Below are positions 14,215-27,390 of a DNA stretch of 64,000 nt, in pieces. How positions within the stretch are numbered: position 1 is the stretch's first letter; each line of letters opens with the position of its first letter. Under the pieces are notes generated by a model. That model saw nothing but the letters and a program-made list of their open reading frames with translations. It was not told the origin of the DNA and searched no databases. The stretch comes from Glaucostegus cemiculus (lineage: Eukaryota). The stretch is from contig CDPCPM010000026.1 in the NCBI GenBank assembly GCA_976551045.1, forward strand, positions 21,824,001-21,888,000, given 5' to 3'. Position numbers and translations under genes: made by a program.

Positions 14215-15190
14215 GAGCTACATGAGCACATGGAATAGGAGCAGGTATGGGCTAATTGGCTCCTTGAACCTGCTCCACCATTCATTATATTCGTGGCATC
14301 ATAACATCAGCTCAGCATTCCTGTCTACATGCAGTGACCTTTCATCCTCTTGCTTATCAAGAAGGTATCTACCTCTCCCTGAAAAGTATTCAAAGATTCT
14401 GCCTCCACTGCTCTTTAAGGAAGAAAGGTCCAAAGAATCACAACTAGGAGTGACCCCTAGTCCGAGATTCTCCCACAAGAGGGAACATTCTCTCTACATC
14501 CACCCCATCAAGGCTGTTCCAAGATCTTTCAGCCCCTGTCTTTCCTCATAATCCAATCTTTCCTCATAAGGAATTTCAGGCATCAATTTTGTCAAATAAA
14601 ATCCAAAATAAGCTGTAGATGCTGGAAATCTGAAAGAAAACAGGGAACACTAGAACCTCAGCAGCTCAGGTAGAAGGCTGCATAGAAGTTTGGGGGCAGC
14701 TTTAAACTAATATATTTTCTCACTTTTCCAGTTCAGATGAAAAATCTTCACTCTAAAAATGTTAATGGTGTTTCCCTCTGCACAGATGCTATCTGACCTG
14801 CTGAGCATTTCCAGAATTGTCTGTTCTGATATTAACTCAGTAAACCTTCTTTAAATTGCTACCAATGCATTAATATTCTTTAAATAAAGAAAGCAACATG
14901 GTACACAGTACTTCAGATATGGTCTCACCACTGCCCTAAGTACCTAAGTGTAACCTCACTACCTTTATATTCATTTCCTCCCACAATACATGATAACATT
15001 CTATTAGCTTTCCTAATGACTTCTTGGACATGCTTACTAGCCTTTTGTGAATCATACACTAGGACACAGAGATCCACTTGCATCCTAGAGCTCTGTAATC
15101 TCTCAGCATTCAAATAATATGCTTTTTTTTTTACAGTTTTTTTCCTGCCAAAATGGACAATTTTACATTTCCCCACATTATACTCTATTC
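14215..15190 (-). mobile_element. Degenerate CR1 LINE with an internal Penelope-type insertion
   Basis: ORF 14925-15176 'GKCKIVHFGRKK...YYLNAERL...IRKANRMLSCI' is typical CR1 ORF2; CR1 3' UTR-like end near 14220. Confidence 0.85.
14605..14835. repeat. Penelope-type terminal repeat, inverted pair
   Basis: 'agatgctggaaatctgaaagaaaacag' on the left and 'cacagatgctatctgacctgctgagcatttccag' on the right; same family as 27772, 58050 and 62672. Confidence 0.7.
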
Positions 15191-15486
15191 ACTAGAACTT
15201 TGCATTACCATGCTGCAGGGTCCCACTGACCACTTTGCACATCAGTTCTGAAATTCTCCGTAAGATTTCGCAGCATGCTTCTAGTCACCTATGCTGTTGT
15301 GTACTGGAAGGCATTTCCAGAGCAGTCTATATGTGGAAGAGATCATTCAGCATTCCATTAGACTGTCCACCACATTTCATGCCTGATTCTATGTACATTG
15401 GCCTCATGTAGAGGGACTAGATTCTACAACCAATAGCCTTGATGTCCATGCAGAACCCTTGGAGCCTAATAACCCTTGGCTTTGCT

Positions 15487-15700
15487 CTAATTGCTCAAAT
15501 GCACAACAAAGGCATCAACTGCTGCCAGGACACCAGGAACTGATTCATGTGATCCACTCATGGTCACATACTGGCTGGTATAACCCGAGGGAGTGCAGAT
15601 TATGGTGGATCCAGAGTTGATGTGTAAAGTGATGTGCATATGGCCAATGGAACCCTGCACCATGGGGCAACTGTAACGCTCACAAAGCTGCAAAGCTGCA
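15487..15700 (-). mobile_element. Harbinger/HARBI1-like transposase relic
   Basis: 'CPMVQGSIGHMHITL' resembles P.V.GAIDGTH, and 'SGSHES' resembles GS.HD, the DDE motifs of PIF/Harbinger transposases. Confidence 0.5.
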
Positions 15701-16599
15701 GTCAGCTCACTTTGAATAGAGAGCGAGTCAGTTAATGTCAAACTATGAGATGCTGCAAATCTCTCAGGTTCCATTCAGCATGGAGGCAGCCAAATGCTTA
15801 ATTGGTAATGGTCATGGTTACCCTGAAAGCACTGGCCCTTTTGGATTTGAACTGGTGCCCACTGTACTCAATAATCCAATGCAGAACCAGCTGAAGATCT
15901 CAATCATTGATGATTTACACAAGAATGGAAAAAAAATATATTTTAATGTGCTTGTTGTAAATGCTGTGGCACTACCTCCTACAGGTAGCCTCATGCTATT
16001 GCCTGAATTGATTGCACCATCAGATCTCAGCTCTCTATATCGTAATCTTTGCATTGATACAAGTACTGAAAAATGAAACATAAACATCAATAACACAGTC
16101 TATGGAAAGAGATATGGCTGTTTATTTCCCTCAACAAAATTGGTTGTGGGTCAGTGAGAAGTCCTATTTAGCATACAGTGTTGATCAAACTGTAAGTACA
16201 GCACAAACAAGTAAATGGAATATAGAAGCTACAATAAGAATCAATACATCATTTTCACATAATACTTGGCTTGAATGCAGCCAGCCTGTTCATATTGCCT
16301 CTACATTTATGACTCACTGAAACTGTGCCTTAAAAAAGCAGACAAGACAGGCAGAGTTTAATTTATCGGTTGCAGATAAATTGAAAACGGAAGATACAGA
16401 GGGCTTGGACAGTTAACTCTGACTGGCTTTTAGTTCTGGAAGATAGGGCGTCTTTGGGAATTAATGAAAGAAGGTTAGACAGTTTAAAGTTGTGCTTCAG
16501 GAATTACTTTCACTTCTGTGATCAACCCTCTCATGGCGTTTGCTGCTTGAGGTAGCATTTCTAATGCAGCAATGTAGAAAACTAGCAACTATTTCAATT

Positions 16600-17080
16600 A
16601 GGCTGACAAGACAGACTCGAATTTGATTCTCCATCCCACCCCTATTCCAACCTCTCTGAGTTTGGGCTGTTCCAACAATGCCCTACACTAGGTCAGGGAA
16701 TAGCACCTCATGTCCCATCGAGGCACACTCCACCCCCCAGCACTCAACAATGAATTCAACAATTTCAGATCACTAATGTTTCCAGTTTATATCACAACTG
16801 GCATAACTTTAACTCTGTTTTTCTCTCTCCATAGATGCTGCTGAAAACTTTCATGTTGCTCCTTCATATTCCATAGCAACTGCTGTGTTCTCTATCTCAC
16901 TGCTGTTTTGTCCTCTTTCCTCTGTTCTCATTTATGTTCCTTGAATTACACCTCCCCCCGCATCCTCCCACCCCACCCCAGACACATCAGCAATGATTAA
17001 TAAGCCTCTCTCAGCTTACACCAACACCATTTGTGTCACTCAGTTTCCCTTGATCTCCACCCTATCACAAACATTTGTGT
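16600..17080 (+). mobile_element. Penelope-like element 3' relic (GIY-YIG C-terminus plus terminal repeat piece)
   Basis: 'gaatagcacctcatgtcccatcgaggcacactccaccccccagcactcaacaatgaattcaacaatttcaga' reads E*HLMSHRGTLHPPALNNEFNNFR, like the PLE C-terminal EQHLIFRLGTL.P.GLN.EF; followed by 'ctctccatagatgctgc'. Confidence 0.65.
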
Positions 17081-19349
17081 CTATCCTAGACTTAACATTG
17101 GTCAGCTTCCCTAATATCTCCTTATGTAGCTCAATGTGAAATTTGAATGGCCTTTCTGCACTACAATGGCACTAAAATTCTGTAACTTTCCTGGGAAGAA
17201 CTATGGGAAGGTTTATTATATTAACAGGTGCTATATAAATGCAAGTAGCTGTTTATGTTAAATCATATTGTTATGTTGTTTGGGTGTTTGTCACAGTGAC
17301 TTTTCTCCTGATCACACCCTCACTTATACCCTTCAGGTCTACTTCATTTTGGCACGTCAGTCCAATCCTTTCAGTTCATACTAACTTTCTTTTCTATCCA
17401 GTTCACCTGCACTCCTTGTTAGTGTAGCAATCTTCCCATTCCATTTTCAATTCACACTGGCATACTTCTTCTAGTTCATGGAACCATGTTTTACCCATAT
17501 GAGTCCATGATATTAGCCCTATGATTGTAAAGGAGCTGTGACTCATATCTTGGTTGGAAGAGTATAATGATTATTTGGAAGACATGGTGTTTCTACACAG
17601 TAATCAGCAGGCCACATAAATGGAAACCCAGACCAAGTGATTAAGGAAATTCATCCATTGAGATGATCAGCATTTTCTCTGCAGAATACTCTGGTTTTAA
17701 TTATTCTGAATGTGTAACCTTCATGTGGTGAAGCACAATTTCATCACTGCAGGGTCAACCACTGCCTATGTGGTTGCTTTCTCCCATTCCTGGGATACTG
17801 TACTTTGCCTCATCCTTTGGTCCTTTAAATAACTGAAGATAACTGTGGATTTAAGGAAAAATATTACAGCTAGCTTGATGGGAATTCCAACAGTTTGAGC
17901 AATCGGAACCATGAAATCATTTTCCAAAAGAATTGCATTCTTCCACTTTCACATTGATCTGCAGGTGTCCCTGTGGCTGCTGTAAAGTTCTGACAAAACG
18001 CTTATGTTCTCTTTAATCGACATTTGTGTTTCTTGACACTGCAGCAGTTTAATCTGACACTAGACGACCTTCCTTTTACACTCAGACTAGCCAGACAGGC
18101 AATTGTGTTTGGGTTCCAATTATTTCACTGGATATCCAAATCTAATCTGATCAATCTGACTATTCACACATCCACTGCCAATCCAAAAGATCTGATTATT
18201 CACACACCCAGTACCAGGTTAGGTTATTGAAGGGCATAAAGACTGTTTCGCTTAGGTTTAGCAGCTGTCAGTGGATTTTCCATGGGATCAGCAGCTGATT
18301 AGCTTCACTAGCATTAGGTTTATCCTACACTGCAGTCAGAGAGGCAGTGGTATCTTTTGATCCTTTCACAAGTGGGATTTCAGTTTGCCAATTTTTAGGG
18401 CTATTAGGCCTCATATTTTACCAGAATGTTTTAAATCTCCCTCAACTTAGTGCTGCTGCCAAAATGGTCCTACTGGGTGCTGATAGAAAGGGATTATGTG
18501 TTGGCTTTGCCAGCGGTGTGGGTCCCTCTGGGATGCAAATGCCATGTACTTAATGGAAGTGAACCAAAAGGCCAGTTTTAAAATGTGGATTGCTGTCCAA
18601 ATAATTTTTATATGTCATTAACAAACTTGGGGGTTGAAATTGGTCCCAGATGTACCTAGTTTACAGGCATAAGGGGAGGACAAGGAGGATTAACTTCAGG
18701 GTGAAAGAGGAGATTTAAGTGGGTGTGTGGTAGACAACATCCTAGATGTCAAGAAGTGTTGAAAAAATTGAACCGGTTCTTTTCAGGCCCTTGGAGTAGA
18801 CACCTAAAGCAGCCATTAGGCCCCTTCTGCACAATAACACCTGTTATTGAACCTTTCCAAAAAGTGGACTGCCTCAGACATAGTTGCTTCACTTTCTGGA
18901 TGCGGATATGGCCAACACTGAAAAGGCAGGTACTTTATTTTTAAACTGAAGCCAGATCCACACATTCCTGACAGATGCAATCAGATCTTTCCCCCAGTCC
19001 TTCCAGGATTTACCTAAAGAGTCATGCCAGAGAGGAGTTTAGCTCCAAACCAAAGTGTTCCCTTGGCCAGTGGAGACCTGACCAGTGCTAACAGCTCACC
19101 CAAATATGTAAACCAGGCCAGAAAATCTCTAAGCTCCATCTTCCATCTTCAAGTGTTGGGTCTACTCCCAACAGTCTTGTTCTAAAAATGGGATCAGAAG
19201 AAAGTATTCTCTCTGAAACCTAGAAGAGTATACCTCCTTTATATAAAAAAACCAAATAATTGAAATAGAAGTTGGCCTGATAAGGTCCATCTCACTTGAA
19301 TTGTGTATTAATAAATTAATTGCATAAAACACTGAATTGGTTATAACAG

Positions 19350-19452
19350 TCTGAAACAACAAATAATCTACTGGAGGAACTCAGTGGGTTGAGAAGCAAC
19401 TATGGGAGGAAAGGAATTGTTAACATTTCGGGTCGTAACCTTGCATCAGGTT
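19350..19452 (-). repeat. Penelope-type terminal repeat with degenerate hammerhead motif
   Basis: Reverse complement reads CTGATGC-AAGGTTACGACCC-GAAA-TGTTAAC followed by the family tail. Confidence 0.7.
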
Positions 19453-19474
19453 AGTCTGATATTAAGTGGAAGTG

Positions 19475-20260
19475 GAATCATGGAATCCTAGAAGCGTACA
19501 GCACAGAACTGGGCCCTTACAACCCACCTCAACCATGCTGACTGTAACACCTATTTACCTGTCTCATTTTCCAGCATTAGACCTTTATCTCTTTATGCCT
19601 TCCCCATCCAAGTATCTGTCCAAACACTAACTTGTGTAATCTTATCTGCCTCCATCATCTACTCTGGCAGTTCCTTGCAGATACTCACTACCTTCTCTGT
19701 GAAAAGCTCATCTCTCAGATTTCCTTTAAATTTCTCCCCTTTTACTCTAAACCTGTGCCCTCTAGTTCTAGATTCTCTGCACTGGAAAAAGATTCTGCCT
19801 CTCTATTCTACCTATGCATCTCATAATTTTGTAAACCTCTATAAGGTCATTCCTCAGCCTGCTATGTTCCAGTGAGAATAGACCCAGCCTATCCAGTCTC
19901 TCCTTATAACTACTGTCTTCCACTGCAGGCAAGATCCTGGTGAATCTCTCCTAGACTCTTTCTTTTACTACCAAATCCCTACTGTAGTGTGGCAACCAGA
20001 ATTATGAACAAGTGTAGTCTAACCAATGTTTAGTAATAGCTGCAACATAACATCCCAACTCTAAGACTCAAAGTCTTGACCTATGAAGGCAGGCACACCA
20101 AATGTCTTTTTCACTATCATATTCAACTGTGTTGCCACTGTCAGGGAGCTGTGGACTTGCACTCCAAGATCCCTCTGTATGTCAATGCTCCTGAGGTCCC
20201 CACATTATACCTACATGTCCCACCAGAATTTGACTTTCCTAAGTGCATTACCTCACACTC
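19475..20260 (-). mobile_element. CR1 LINE 3' fragment
   Basis: 'cataattttgtaaacctctataaggtc' and 'cctatccagtctctccttataact' are reverse complements of the EVYKIM and ERLDRL coding segments; 3' UTR at the left end. Confidence 0.85.
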
Positions 20261-21795
20261 TAAGTATGTAGGTAAATTAGTTAAATGTTATATTTCAGGT
20301 CAAACTCATTGCAAAATAGGCTTGTTTTAAAGTTATTTCTGATTTCTTACTTACTGATGTCCAGCAATGTGAATTTTGCCTATGGATCAGACATCAAAAC
20401 AATGATAAGTTTTGGTTAGGCTCCTATTTAAAGCATGTTATTTTGTATGTAGAACCTTTCTCTCTCGTAGGATGCTCTTTGTACCTGGCAATGTTATTGT
20501 CATCAGGCCTTTACCCTGACTGGGCACCAGACAAACTGTGGCATTGTGTCAATGTGATTAGATAAGACTTGTTAAAAATGCAGTCTGTGTTTAACTCATC
20601 TGAAGTGGCACGGAAAGTTCAAATTTCATCACGGCTGTTGCAGTTTTTCCATGTTTCTTGGCCTCGACTTTGCTCAGCAAGGTGAGGACAGTGGAGCTAA
20701 GGTGATTTATTACAGTACAGGCTTTCCCTGATATTGCCCTGAAAATACTCCCTGACCCTGACCTAAGCAAAGCCCCTCTTCTAATCTCACCCGTGCAAAA
20801 TACTCACATCTCACAAGCACCATAGGCGCCAATGAATTACACAGCTCTTTCAGTGGATCAGAGGGACAGCCCTAACTCAGCCATCCAGTCTGAAGTGCTC
20901 TGATTAGCTCGCAGCAATTTTTATTTTACTTTCAGGGAGCAATGCACATGTTACAGAATTATTTCTAAAGTCACATATGCCAGTTATCATATTCTCCGTT
21001 CACTTGTGTAAAACAAGGGTTGAGCACTGACATTGTGTTTATGCCTCTAAAATAAATTGAGTACATTGTATATATCCTCTTTGTTGTGTCCATTCCTAAT
21101 CAGAAAGTACTTATTTCCTGTTGCATTAAAAAATATAAACGCTCCCATCAGCTCGTTCACCTGAACAAAACAAGAATCCTTCCAGGTGTTAGCAACAGCA
21201 AACAGTGGCAAGGTAGCAGCAGATGCAATAAAAATAGGGTTAGCTATTTTTTTGTAGGACCATTTTCTTCTTTTATTTCTCCTTAAGGGACAGGGCAATA
21301 CAACCGTTTGACAATATCACAGATTCCAGATACATAAACTGCCTATAATCAGATAGCAGATGCCATTTGATAAAGAGAAACTCGACGGTTTTAGTGCAAA
21401 GGCCTTTAATAAATACTGCACTACCAAAGGCACCTCAGTCAATTCCCAAACATGTTAACTTGGTGAATGTAATTCTTAAATTCAGTGCCGCTGAAGGTCA
21501 AGTGAAGCGCAGAGCATTAAACCTACCTCCTTTCACTACGGCACACAAAAAACACATCAAAAACCACAGACTTAAATGTAATTTATGGAGTACAATGGGA
21601 TATTTTTAAATTCAATAGTTGCCTATGTGTGTGGCACTTGGAGATTTAAAAAGATTAGTAAGAACAGTGGATGTGGAAATTCTGCTACAGTGGGGCAGTA
21701 CCTTGGTATTGCATGTCTTAGACTGGATAGCAAATCAACAACCTACCAACTCAGAAATGAGAATATTACCAAATCAGCCAATATGACATTTGGGT

Positions 21796-21890
21796 AATGC
21801 TGGAGATTAAATCTTAACAGTGTTTCTCTCTCCACAGATACTGTCTGATCTGCTGAGAACTTCCAGCATTTTCTGTTTCATATTCACAGT
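21796..21890 (+). repeat. Penelope-type terminal repeat fragment
   Basis: 'tctctccacagatactgtctgatctgctgagaacttccagcattttctg' matches the family tail. Confidence 0.7.
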
Positions 21891-24800
21891 ATTTTGTTCT
21901 TGAACTAGAGGTGCATGGACTCTTTTTTTTCCTTGCAATGGCTTATTTTCCAGAAGAATAAGTCCACATCATTACTGTTTATGTCTTAGGATAAGATAAA
22001 GTAAATACAAGATTTTATAGTAAATTTTGAAGAAACTTATCTTGGGCCAAAAGCATTAATACATAATGGGGCTGAGCTACTTTAACTCAACTGGTTATTT
22101 GAGTTAAACTCAACTATTTGAATTGTTGCCTCAAGATCCTGAAAAGACCAGAACACAGGACTAGGCAACAAGTGTTAATGGGACTGTGGCTTTAGTTATT
22201 TTCCATGTATATTTCCTTTCAGTGATGGCTAATGATTGACACCTTAAGATGATATGGTTATAGTGCAGATCTTTCACAGGCCAGTCTGTTTAGTGTGTGG
22301 TGCTGGTGAGTGTAATGTGCCTCATATCAATGGGAGGTGCTGTTCAATGCGATGGTTGGCCTGGGGAGAAGAAAGCTGTGGAGCAAAATTTCCCCAAGAG
22401 ACAACATGACAGAGTAGGCTTCTCATGAGTGGCAGGTGTTTCACATTGCCTCTTCCTCTGTTCTCAAGAGTAATGGATAATTCTGAAGGGACAAATTATT
22501 CTCTGGACTGGGTTCATGAACAGCAGATGAAACCTGTGACTAAACTTGCCAGATAGCATTGCCATTCATAACCTGTCCCAGACAAGATATTATGCTATTC
22601 ATAATTGGTTATGGAACAGGCATGCATTATTAATATTATTTGTTATGTGGGCAACCATTAGCACACACCACTTACTTCTTGATCAAGTAATCAAGGTGCT
22701 GAAATTTTGCCATGGGACATTTGTGCACAAACACTCAGCCTGTTGACTGAGGATTTCTCTCTCTGGGCATTGAGCTGTTTAAGAGAAATGTATTGTTATT
22801 TCTGCTAATCTAGCTCAGAAAGGCATACCAAGCCAAAGCATTAAACATTTGTATGTTAGAATCCCACAATGTTACTTCAGGGCTGCTTTTTAATAAAATG
22901 AGGGGGACTCTAGAGGGATTGATGCAATGACAAACCAGCAAAGCCATACTCAAATAATAAAGTAATCTCATTTAAAAAAAATCCACCAGTACATGATATA
23001 AGCCAAGTACTTTTATTGTCATCTACCCATACACCACTAGCAATATATGGCTACCTCTCTTAAAACTGAAGGAGAGCACTTATTGCTGCAGTTGGTTGTT
23101 TGCCTCCACAGCTGCTTCACAGGGGACAATGAACCATGACCTGCATTTGTGTGTTACTCTGAACTGACTTATCTCATGGAACGGAGATCAATGAATTATT
23201 AATAGGACAGTGGTGCCCCCATCTACAGGAAGGGAAAACATGTTGTGTTTGTACCCAAAGTCCTTATCCCATGCACCCGCCCCCTCATCACCAGTCCCCC
23301 TCGGGTGAAAGTGTCTGCGTTATTTGGCACATGGACCATCTTGATTTAGTCTGAACACAGTAAGATCACATGGCTGTAAAGTTTACAGCAGGAACTGAAT
23401 AAGAAACATTTGATAAAAGCTTGCCAGACACATACCAAAAATAAAAGTTATACAGAGCAGAGGCTGTGTTATGACGGTTCTAAGTCTACCATAATCCCTA
23501 GAGGAACTTGCCAAATTAAATGCCCCAGCATCCTTCTTCCTTGTGTCAGTTGTTCCTTCCCATGCTTTATAAGGAGCTGTTTCATCTGATGGATCAAAAA
23601 CACTGGGCAAAACTTTCCCATGCCACTATCCCTCAGAATATGTACACAGTGCAATGTTTACAGTGGACAGCACTAATGGCAGATTTGTTTTAATTTCCAC
23701 TGCTTTGTGTTTAAAGTTAACTATCACCCACAGGCAGTCTTTTCATGCCTTATTGTCTGGGTGTGTTGGATCCATTCACATGAAGATGCGTACACGCAGA
23801 TTCACAAAGCGTCTTAAATGTTTACTATTCTATAAACCAGTCCTAAAGAGAGCTTCAGTAAGTAGACTGAACAATGAGAAACAAGGCAGGCAGCGTGCCA
23901 GCATGGGCCTCCTGCCAAGCCACATATCATTAGCCCAGGCTTGCTATAAGCAAGGAAATGAGAAACACATGTTGGGGAGCTGGGGTGAGCCATACGGGAC
24001 TCCGGGTCACTGACAGTCGTCCTAAAGCTTTCCCTTCCTCTGCCTCTGCCCATTGATGTCAAATGTCAATGTGATTGTCTAAAGTTCTCAGGGATTTTTT
24101 TTAAAGTGACTCTTGAGTTATGATTTTCACAGTTATGGGAAAATAACAACCTTGTTCTCTGTTATGCTTTATAAATTCCTCGCCACTCCTTCAAATAACA
24201 TATGTAAGTGAGGTTGGAATGCTTGAGAGGGACTTGGTTTCTTATGTGAGGCGTTCTGTACTTTTTAAATATAATCAGCTCTGCCTCATCATTAAGTTAC
24301 ACAGTAGGCTCTTTTTCCTTGCACTGTGTTTTGTACAGGCCACAACATGCGTAAGCATGCAGTTTTGCTTTTTTTTGTGTGTGTTAATTTTGGCTTGCCT
24401 GAATACAGTCAGCAAAGATGTATCTAATAACAGTGCTTGCTTTATTTCCTTCTAAAGCTGGATTCTATTGACATTTGACCTTTCAAGCATTCCATAGATA
24501 GTGCAAGAACATGATAATTACTGACTGGTGGTGAGAAAATCAAACGGAAAGGACCCAGCTTTCCACTAACTGTTCTAAATATCCCATTAAGCACGGAGAT
24601 ATAAATCACTGAACATATTTAACAATAACACGGTTTTTGCATTGAGCAGCCTTCCCTTCATGTGTGTCCATGATCAGCATATTAATAATGCCCTGACCAA
24701 CAAACATTACTTTGAAGTCTGAGCCATTTTTGGCATGACTAAATCCACACTTGGACTGCACAAGAAAAAAGATTCACCTAACAAAGCGAGGAGGGATTCT

Positions 24801-25598
24801 GAATGAAAGTGCCATTTTTACTCCCTCACCCACTCCCATCTTTTTATTTTGATCAAATATTTTTTGAATAAATACCATTTTGATACCAGAAGACAAAATT
24901 TAATTTTAATTTAAAAGAAAAGTGGGTTAACTTATACTTAATTCTGACCAGAGCCATGTTTCTACAACAAGCTGCAATGGCAGTTTGATTTCTGCTGCAC
25001 GGTTGAAGCAATTACACTTGGTAGGAAAATCCTGGTAAAGTCAATATTACTTTCGCAAACATCTATTAACACAATAGAAACTTATTTCCCTGTCTATACT
25101 AATCGTGTTCATTCCTGCTAAGTTGTACTTAAGGCACAGTGTCCATTTTTTCCTTTTTTTCCCCCAAAAACAGTTAATTACTTCAGTAAGTAACTTGTGG
25201 ATGTGGTCTGAACACCTGTCCATGCTGACATACAGTATACTATGTAGAGATCGCTTAGCAATATGTCCTCTCCTGCATCTTTAAGGGCCAGGCTTCAGGT
25301 AATTGGTCACACATCATGACATGGATGCCCTGATAGCAGAGTGTGAATATACCAGGCTTCATGCAGAAATTACAAATAAACGATTGTTCTTCCACTTTTG
25401 ATCATTTTCTTTATTTCTGTCAAGTTGAAACACAGACAGTACAGTCATTACGAAATCTTGGCTGGAATGCTGGGTAAAGCAATGATTTATGATGATTTTG
25501 TAACTAAGTGGATAAAGATGACTCTATTTGTCAGGTTGACGTGTTTAGTGCACCATCTAGTCTGAATCAAATTGATTCAGTTAAACATGATAGTCTAT

Positions 25599-25800
25599 GG
25601 GGACTGGGTGGTGCAGTGGGTTACTTTGCAGTACATTCAGCTCTGGGGCTTGGTTTCAAATGCAGCACAGACTAATAGGATAAAAGTGTCTTTTTTCTGA
25701 TGGCTTTAGAGGAGCAATGTGAGGTGCATTTAGGCAGACTCTGCCTCTTGTGGATGGTGGCTTGCAGAACAAAGCTCTCCAGATCAGCTGGTGTGGGAAA
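25599..25800 (+). mobile_element. LF-SINE-like ancient tRNA-derived SINE (5' part)
   Basis: Collinear blocks ggggactgggtggtgcagtgg, ttcagctctgggg..ggtttcaaatgcagcacag, tctgatggct, atgtgaggtg and cttgtggatggtg match my recollection of the LF-SINE 5' consensus. Confidence 0.6.
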
Positions 25801-26261
25801 TGAAAGGAAAACAGAAATACACTAGCTATCCATGCTGAAAATTACAGTGTGCACATTGGGTTAAGATTGGGGTCAGCTTAGTTGCAAAGCGCTTCTCCTA
25901 CAGTCAACAGTTGTTGACAATCACTGTATTAATGGATTCACGAGAGGTTCCACTTGGAATGGCTGATGATGATGTTCATGGAAACATTCTCACCTATAAG
26001 TCACTGACTTTGGAATAGAATAAAATGGTGTTAATAATCTACTTTGTACTATGACATGTAAATGCAATGTGACAGGTTTTGCAATTGGAGCTTTGGAGTC
26101 AGGGACTTATCATCAGAACTAACAAATGGAAGAGGTCTTTCTCTACTTTTTGGGATACACAGAAGTTTGCTACAATATTATTTTCATTTGAATAGTGATT
26201 TTTGCCTTCTGAGGAACTGCCAAAAGATTTCAATGACCAATAAATTATTTTGAAGAGAAGT

Positions 26262-26317
26262 TGCTGTTGCTGACTATTGAATGTTATAGATATAACATTC
26301 AATAGTCAGCAACAGCA
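26262..26317. repeat. Perfect 27-bp inverted repeat with 2-nt loop
   Basis: tgctgttgctgactattgaatgttata - ga - tataacattcaatagtcagcaacagca; the arms are exact reverse complements. Confidence 0.97.
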
Positions 26318-26678
26318 TGATAGAGTTATATAAAATGATAAGAGGTATTGATCGGGTAGATAGTCAGAGGCTTTTCCTCAGGGCTGAAGTGGTGGCCACA
26401 AGAGGACATAGGTTTAAGGTGCTGGGGAGTGGCTATAGAGGAGATGTCAGGGGTAAGTTTTTTACTCAGAGAGTGGTGAGTGCATGGAATGGGCTGCCAG
26501 AAACAGTGGTGGAGGCTGATACAATAGGGTCTTTCAAGAGACTGTTAGATAGTTACATGGAGCTAAGTAAAATAGAGGGCTATGGGTAAGCCTAGTAATT
26601 TTTAGTGTAGTGACATGTTTGGCACAACTTTGTGGGCCGAAGGGCCTGAATTGTGCTGTAGTTTTTCTATATTCTCTA
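26318..26678 (+). mobile_element. Young 5'-truncated CR1 LINE
   Basis: Open ORF 'IELYKMIRGIDRVDSQRLF...TRGHRFKV...FFTQRVVSAWNGLP', 3' UTR 'gggccgaagggcctg' and a ttctat-type tail; tgaatgtt occurs on both sides (26278-26285 and 26679-26686). Confidence 0.95.
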
Positions 26679-26739
26679 TGAATGTTCTCAATTTATCTTC
26701 ATTATTTGTATTATCTCAATCATTTATGGCCACTTCTCT

Positions 26740-27390
26740 CGATACTGTAATCAAGTCACCCTCCATTGACATTCAGCTGGTCACTATAGTTCAGAAACTC
26801 AACTGGACCAACTACATCAACACTGTGGCACCAAGGGCAGATCAGCGGCTGGACATCCTGTGATGAATGATTCGCCTGCTGATTCCCCAAATCCCTTCTG
26901 TCATCTGCAATGCTCGAGCCAGCAGTATGATCAAATATTCCCCACTTACCTGGCTGTGTGCACCGCTGACAACACACACAAAGTTTAACATCATTCAGAA
27001 CAGAGCACCTGTTTGATTGGCACCTGTCCACCAGCTTAAAAATTCATTTCTTTGCATTGCAGCTGCAGTGTGTACAGAATGCATGACGTTAACTCACCAA
27101 GGCTACTTTGATAGCATTTTCCAAGCCCATGACTTCAACCAGCAAGAAAGACAAAGGCAGTGGGCAACACCACCACCTGCTGGTTCCCCTCCAATTCACA
27201 CACCCTCCTGGATATAATCTGTGTCTTCCTTGTTGATTGGTCAAAATTCTAGAACTCCCCTTCCAACAGCATTGATTCTTCACCACAAAGACTGCAGCAG
27301 TTAAAGAGGTGGCTCACCACTACCTTCCCTCGGACAATCAAGGATGGACAATAAATGCTGGCCTTGAAATGATGCCTGCACCCCAACTTA
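26740..27390 (+). mobile_element. Second non-LTR retrotransposon family, 3' fragment (clade not determined)
   Basis: 'QKLNWTNYINTVAPRADQRLDIL' RT C-terminal region; ends in 'caataaatgctggcctt'; homologous to the reverse copy at 50985-51830. Confidence 0.8.

Noticed and set aside
22081-22108. 10-bp inverted repeat tttaactcaa/ttgagttaaa
   Set aside because: Short and AT-rich, with no supporting context.
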